From the NCBI GenBank assembly GCA_002245135.1, contig NGBS01001166.1:62001-126000 (forward strand): a stretch of 64,000 nucleotides of DNA, written 5' to 3'. This stretch comes from Proteromonas lacertae. Its lineage: Eukaryota. The position numbers and the translations under genes are program-made. Each line of letters starts with the position of its first letter. Positions within the stretch are counted from its first letter, which is position 1. The notes under the pieces are model-generated. The model was given only the letters and a program-made list of their open reading frames with translations. It was not told the DNA's origin and searched no databases. Shown in pieces: positions 60,901 to 64,000 of the stretch.

Positions 60901-63039
60901 ATGTTGAAAATGAAATAATGAAGTTAGATATGATTGAAAGTCTTAATGATGTTGAAAATGTGGTTGTATCACTTGATGTTGTGAATGATTTCAATGATGT
61001 TCCATCAGAATTTATCGCAACTGAAACAATCGAAGGATTATTTGATGTAGAATCGGAAGTGATTACATCTACTCTAGTTTGTAGTTTGAATGATGTTGCT
61101 TCAATATATATTAAAACTGATAATTTGGATGGAATAAATGATGTAGAAAGTGAAGTAATTCAATATAATAATGTTGAAAGTATAAATGATGTTGAATCAG
61201 AAGTTGTTACATCTGTAGAAGTGAATAGCATAAACGACGTTGAGTCTGTTTTCTATAGAACAGAATATATTTATGGAATAAATGAAGTAGCATCTGAAGT
61301 ATTGAAATCAGATTTAGTTGAAAGCATTAACGATATGGAGAATGTTGTACTAAGTAATTCAACTGAATGTATAAATGATGTAGAAAGTGAATATGTAATT
61401 AATGATAAATTAGAGAGTATAAATGATGTTCAATCAGAGATAGTGAAATTAGAGTTGATTGAAAGTATAAATGATGTTGAAAATGTAGTTATCAGTGATT
61501 CCATTGAAAGTATAAATGATGTTGAAAGTGAGATTGTAATTTCAACAATAATTGAGAATATAAATGATATTCCATCTGAAATTGTGAAACTAAATGTAGT
61601 TAATAGTATAAATGATATAGAAAACGAGTTTGTAATTACAGATAGTAATGAAAGTATAAATGACACTCCATCCGAGATAATGAACTTGGAGATAATAGAA
61701 AGTATAAATGATGTAGAGAATATAATAACAACGAATGAAATTGTGAATGGAATAAATGATGTCAAAAGTGAATATATAACAACAGATTCAATAGAAAGTC
61801 TCAACGATGTTGAAAATGAAATAATGAAGTTAGATATGATTGAAAGTCTTAATGATGTTGAGAGTGAAATAACAACCTTACCATTAATCGGAGAAGTAGT
61901 TGATCAACCATCTATTATAATTCATTACAATACTAACACATTACAATACATTCCAGATGATAAATTAATAGCAAATGAAATAATTACATCTCTTAATGAT
62001 GAAGAATCATCATATTCAATTTCTTTTATAAAGAATATGTTAGTTGATACTGAATCTGAATTGGTTGTAGATAATGCTATAACATTAACAACAGATACAT
62101 CATCATTATATATCACTTATAAAGAATCAGATTACATTCATTATGATAATAATATTCTTACATCAAATACAATTGATATGATAAAAGAAGAATCTGAAGA
62201 GTATGTTGTATGTGGTAATGAATCATTAATTTGTAAATCTCACAAATGTGAAAGTGTTATAATGAAAGAAATTGCTTTAGAATATAAAAGGAAACTTCAA
62301 AAAACAGATGTACAAGTAAAAATAGATTATCCTAATCAATCAAAATATACATTAGTTCGAAAAAGAGATATTGAAACAATGTATCCCAACAAAAAGTACA
62401 TTTCAAAAATACAAATTCCTGTAATGACAGTAGCAGCTCATAAACCATATATCCCTCTTAGACATATATCCATATCCAACTATGCTATTAATCTCTAATT
62501 ACAAAAATTATAAAAATGAGTATATCCTGTTAAAGCCAAAATATGAAACTCTCAAACTTAACAATGCTACTAATATGGATACAATTAAACAACTTCAATA
62601 TCAAATAGAACAGCAAAAAGATGCTATCAGACAATTAAACGAAGATAGACTGAATATGGTTAGTAAGACTGAATATAACTCTTTACTACAAAGAATTAGA
62701 GAGTTGGAATTACAACCAATGACTAAAACTTTTCCTGAAACTCAAATAATGTCCTCTTCTTCTGCTTATACACCACAAAATTCACATTCAATGTCTAAAT
62801 CCATGTATACTCAATTAGAACCAAGAATATATAACCCTACATATTCTTCAAACAATAGTCATTTAGTAAGTTCTGATATCATTCAGCCATCATCATTTTA
62901 TGATACTCCCAACAACTCAAGAGTGAGATCTTCACAACCTCTCAACAAATCCTTTAATTCTTCATTTCAGCAATCTATTCAATCAATAGTAAAAGAAACT
63001 GTTGAACAAACATTACAAGACATGGATTTGGATATATAA
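54964..63039 (+). CDS. Very large acidic coiled-coil protein with a 15-aa tandem-repeat (ESINDVESE...) domain
   Basis: Consecutive same-strand ORFs of continuous composition, joined by two GT-AG introns and five +1 breaks (~56638, ~56886, ~59497, ~59714, ~62476). No recognisable catalytic motif. Confidence 0.6.
59718..61861 (+). repeat. 906-bp higher-order coding tandem repeat (~2.4 copies) built of ~45-bp units
   Basis: GAGATTGTAATTTCAACAATAATTGAG recurs at 59718, 60624 and 61530 (spacing 906). The copies look identical by eye. Confidence 0.95.
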
Positions 63040-63275
63040 TATAAAATTAAATGTATGTTGATATTTTTTAATAGTTACGTAATTATACCTTTATTTAATT
63101 TTTCTTTTTGACTTTGCTGTTATAGTTCTACATAAACAAAAATGTTTGGTGCGAAAATGTACATCCAATTTTTTACTGTAATTACATAAAATGTGCAAAA
63201 ACCCCCTTAAATCTTTTGTTTTTGTTAGTTAATCAAAAAATTAAGTCTAATAAAGAGCAGCCCAAGCCATTATTT

Positions 63276-64000
63276 ATGAGTAAATCAACGATTGTGGAGC
63301 ATATGATAGATACTCCAATTGAGGACCAAGTAAGTTAACTAATTTAATTTAATAGCTGTCACCAGGTGATATAACAGCACAGATTAGAAGCGACAAAGTT
63401 CTTTCACCTATATCGATAGTATATTATTTTTTTAAAGCTCATTATAGCCACCTGCGTTAAGTATTAAGTCAAATGCTATACTGACTGACGGTTCTTCGAA
63501 TACAACCAATCTATCACACGTAATGACACCTTTATCTCATCCTAGCGTATAAATTGCTCCTTTATATAATAGTTGATACTGAGACACTTTTTTAAACCAC
63601 CAACGTTTGAAGTATTTTTTAAATATTTATATATAATAGAAAAAAGAGGATATAGCAGCCATTAAGATACAATCACATTTTAGAAGGCATAGAGTTCAAA
63701 ACTATTTTCTACAACATGAAATTATGCGAAGAGTATAATAATTCTATCATGCACATATAATTTCTATAGAAGCAACTCGAGTTGTCAATCAAACATGAAG
63801 ATGTACAACTGAGGTTGTATATGAAGATGAATATAGAATATGACGTATTACATGACCACTTTATACAGGACAATAAAGGAGATGGGATCTCTCGTAAAGG
63901 AATATTTCAATAGAAATACATTAGATAAAAGAATTGAATATTTAGAGGAAGTATTCTTCAAAATAACTGATACTGAAGATGTAAACTATATAACAAAAGA
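63276..64000 (+). CDS. IQ-motif protein, 5' part (runs off the window)
   Basis: Not in the ORF track. ATG at 63276 and five short GT-AG introns give MSKSTIVEHMIDTPIEDQ...EDIAAIKIQSHFRRHRVQ (IQ motif). Confidence 0.55.

Noticed and set aside
59500..61900. CRISPR-like array suggested by recurring AGTATAAATGATGT with variable spacers
   Set aside because: The period is a multiple of 3 within an open frame, the units are degenerate, the context is eukaryotic, and there are no cas genes. It is a coding protein repeat.
4193..62116. Numerous short antisense or alternate-frame ORFs in the track (e.g. 6793-7146, 22807-23352, 26607-27155, 50980-51393, 60524-60994)
   Set aside because: They are shadows of real genes on the opposite strand or of low-complexity repeats, with F/I/L/S-biased composition and no motifs.
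749..63039. Blastocystis-type stop codons completed by polyadenylation (TGTTTGTT-linked)
   Set aside because: Every complete gene model I built ends in a genomic TAA, TAG or TGA. TG(T)n-rich tracts occur downstream of several stops, but no gene needed poly(A) to terminate.
2363..63039. Alternative genetic code (stop-codon reassignment)
   Set aside because: Multi-kb ORFs are stop-free under the standard code. Interruptions are explained by introns or single-base frame breaks, not by in-frame stops at conserved residues.

Overview
Very AT-rich, gene-dense eukaryotic (protist) nuclear DNA. It has tiny spliceosomal introns (mostly about 24-45 nt, GTA...TAG), standard stop-codon usage and intergenic gaps often of only 50-250 bp. 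This architecture resembles the Blastocystis/Proteromonas (Opalinata, stramenopile) lineage; that assignment is inference only. By splicing the ORF fragments by hand I reconstructed about 21 protein-coding genes and one tRNA-Pro(TGG). They include DMC1, a KIF6-type kinesin with a PH domain, a TTLL ligase, a NEK kinase, a gamma-tubulin complex subunit, an AFG2/SPATA5-type AAA ATPase, a multi-KH protein and a MAM33-family protein. Also present are a ~4,000-aa polycystin-1-like receptor and a large coiled-coil protein with a 906-bp higher-order repeat. Notable points: (1) an obligatory 71-nt AT-AA intron with a U12-like 5' end and a 6-nt micro-exon, both in DMC1; (2) a tetraspanin-like module inserted in the polycystin-1-like protein; (3) a start codon split by an intron; (4) several odd domain fusions; (5) a perfect G-quadruplex motif right after a TGA stop; (6) recurrent promoter motifs; (7) about 17 frame breaks that are all +1, most likely long-read insertion errors. 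Family calls come from motif recognition by eye, not database searches.
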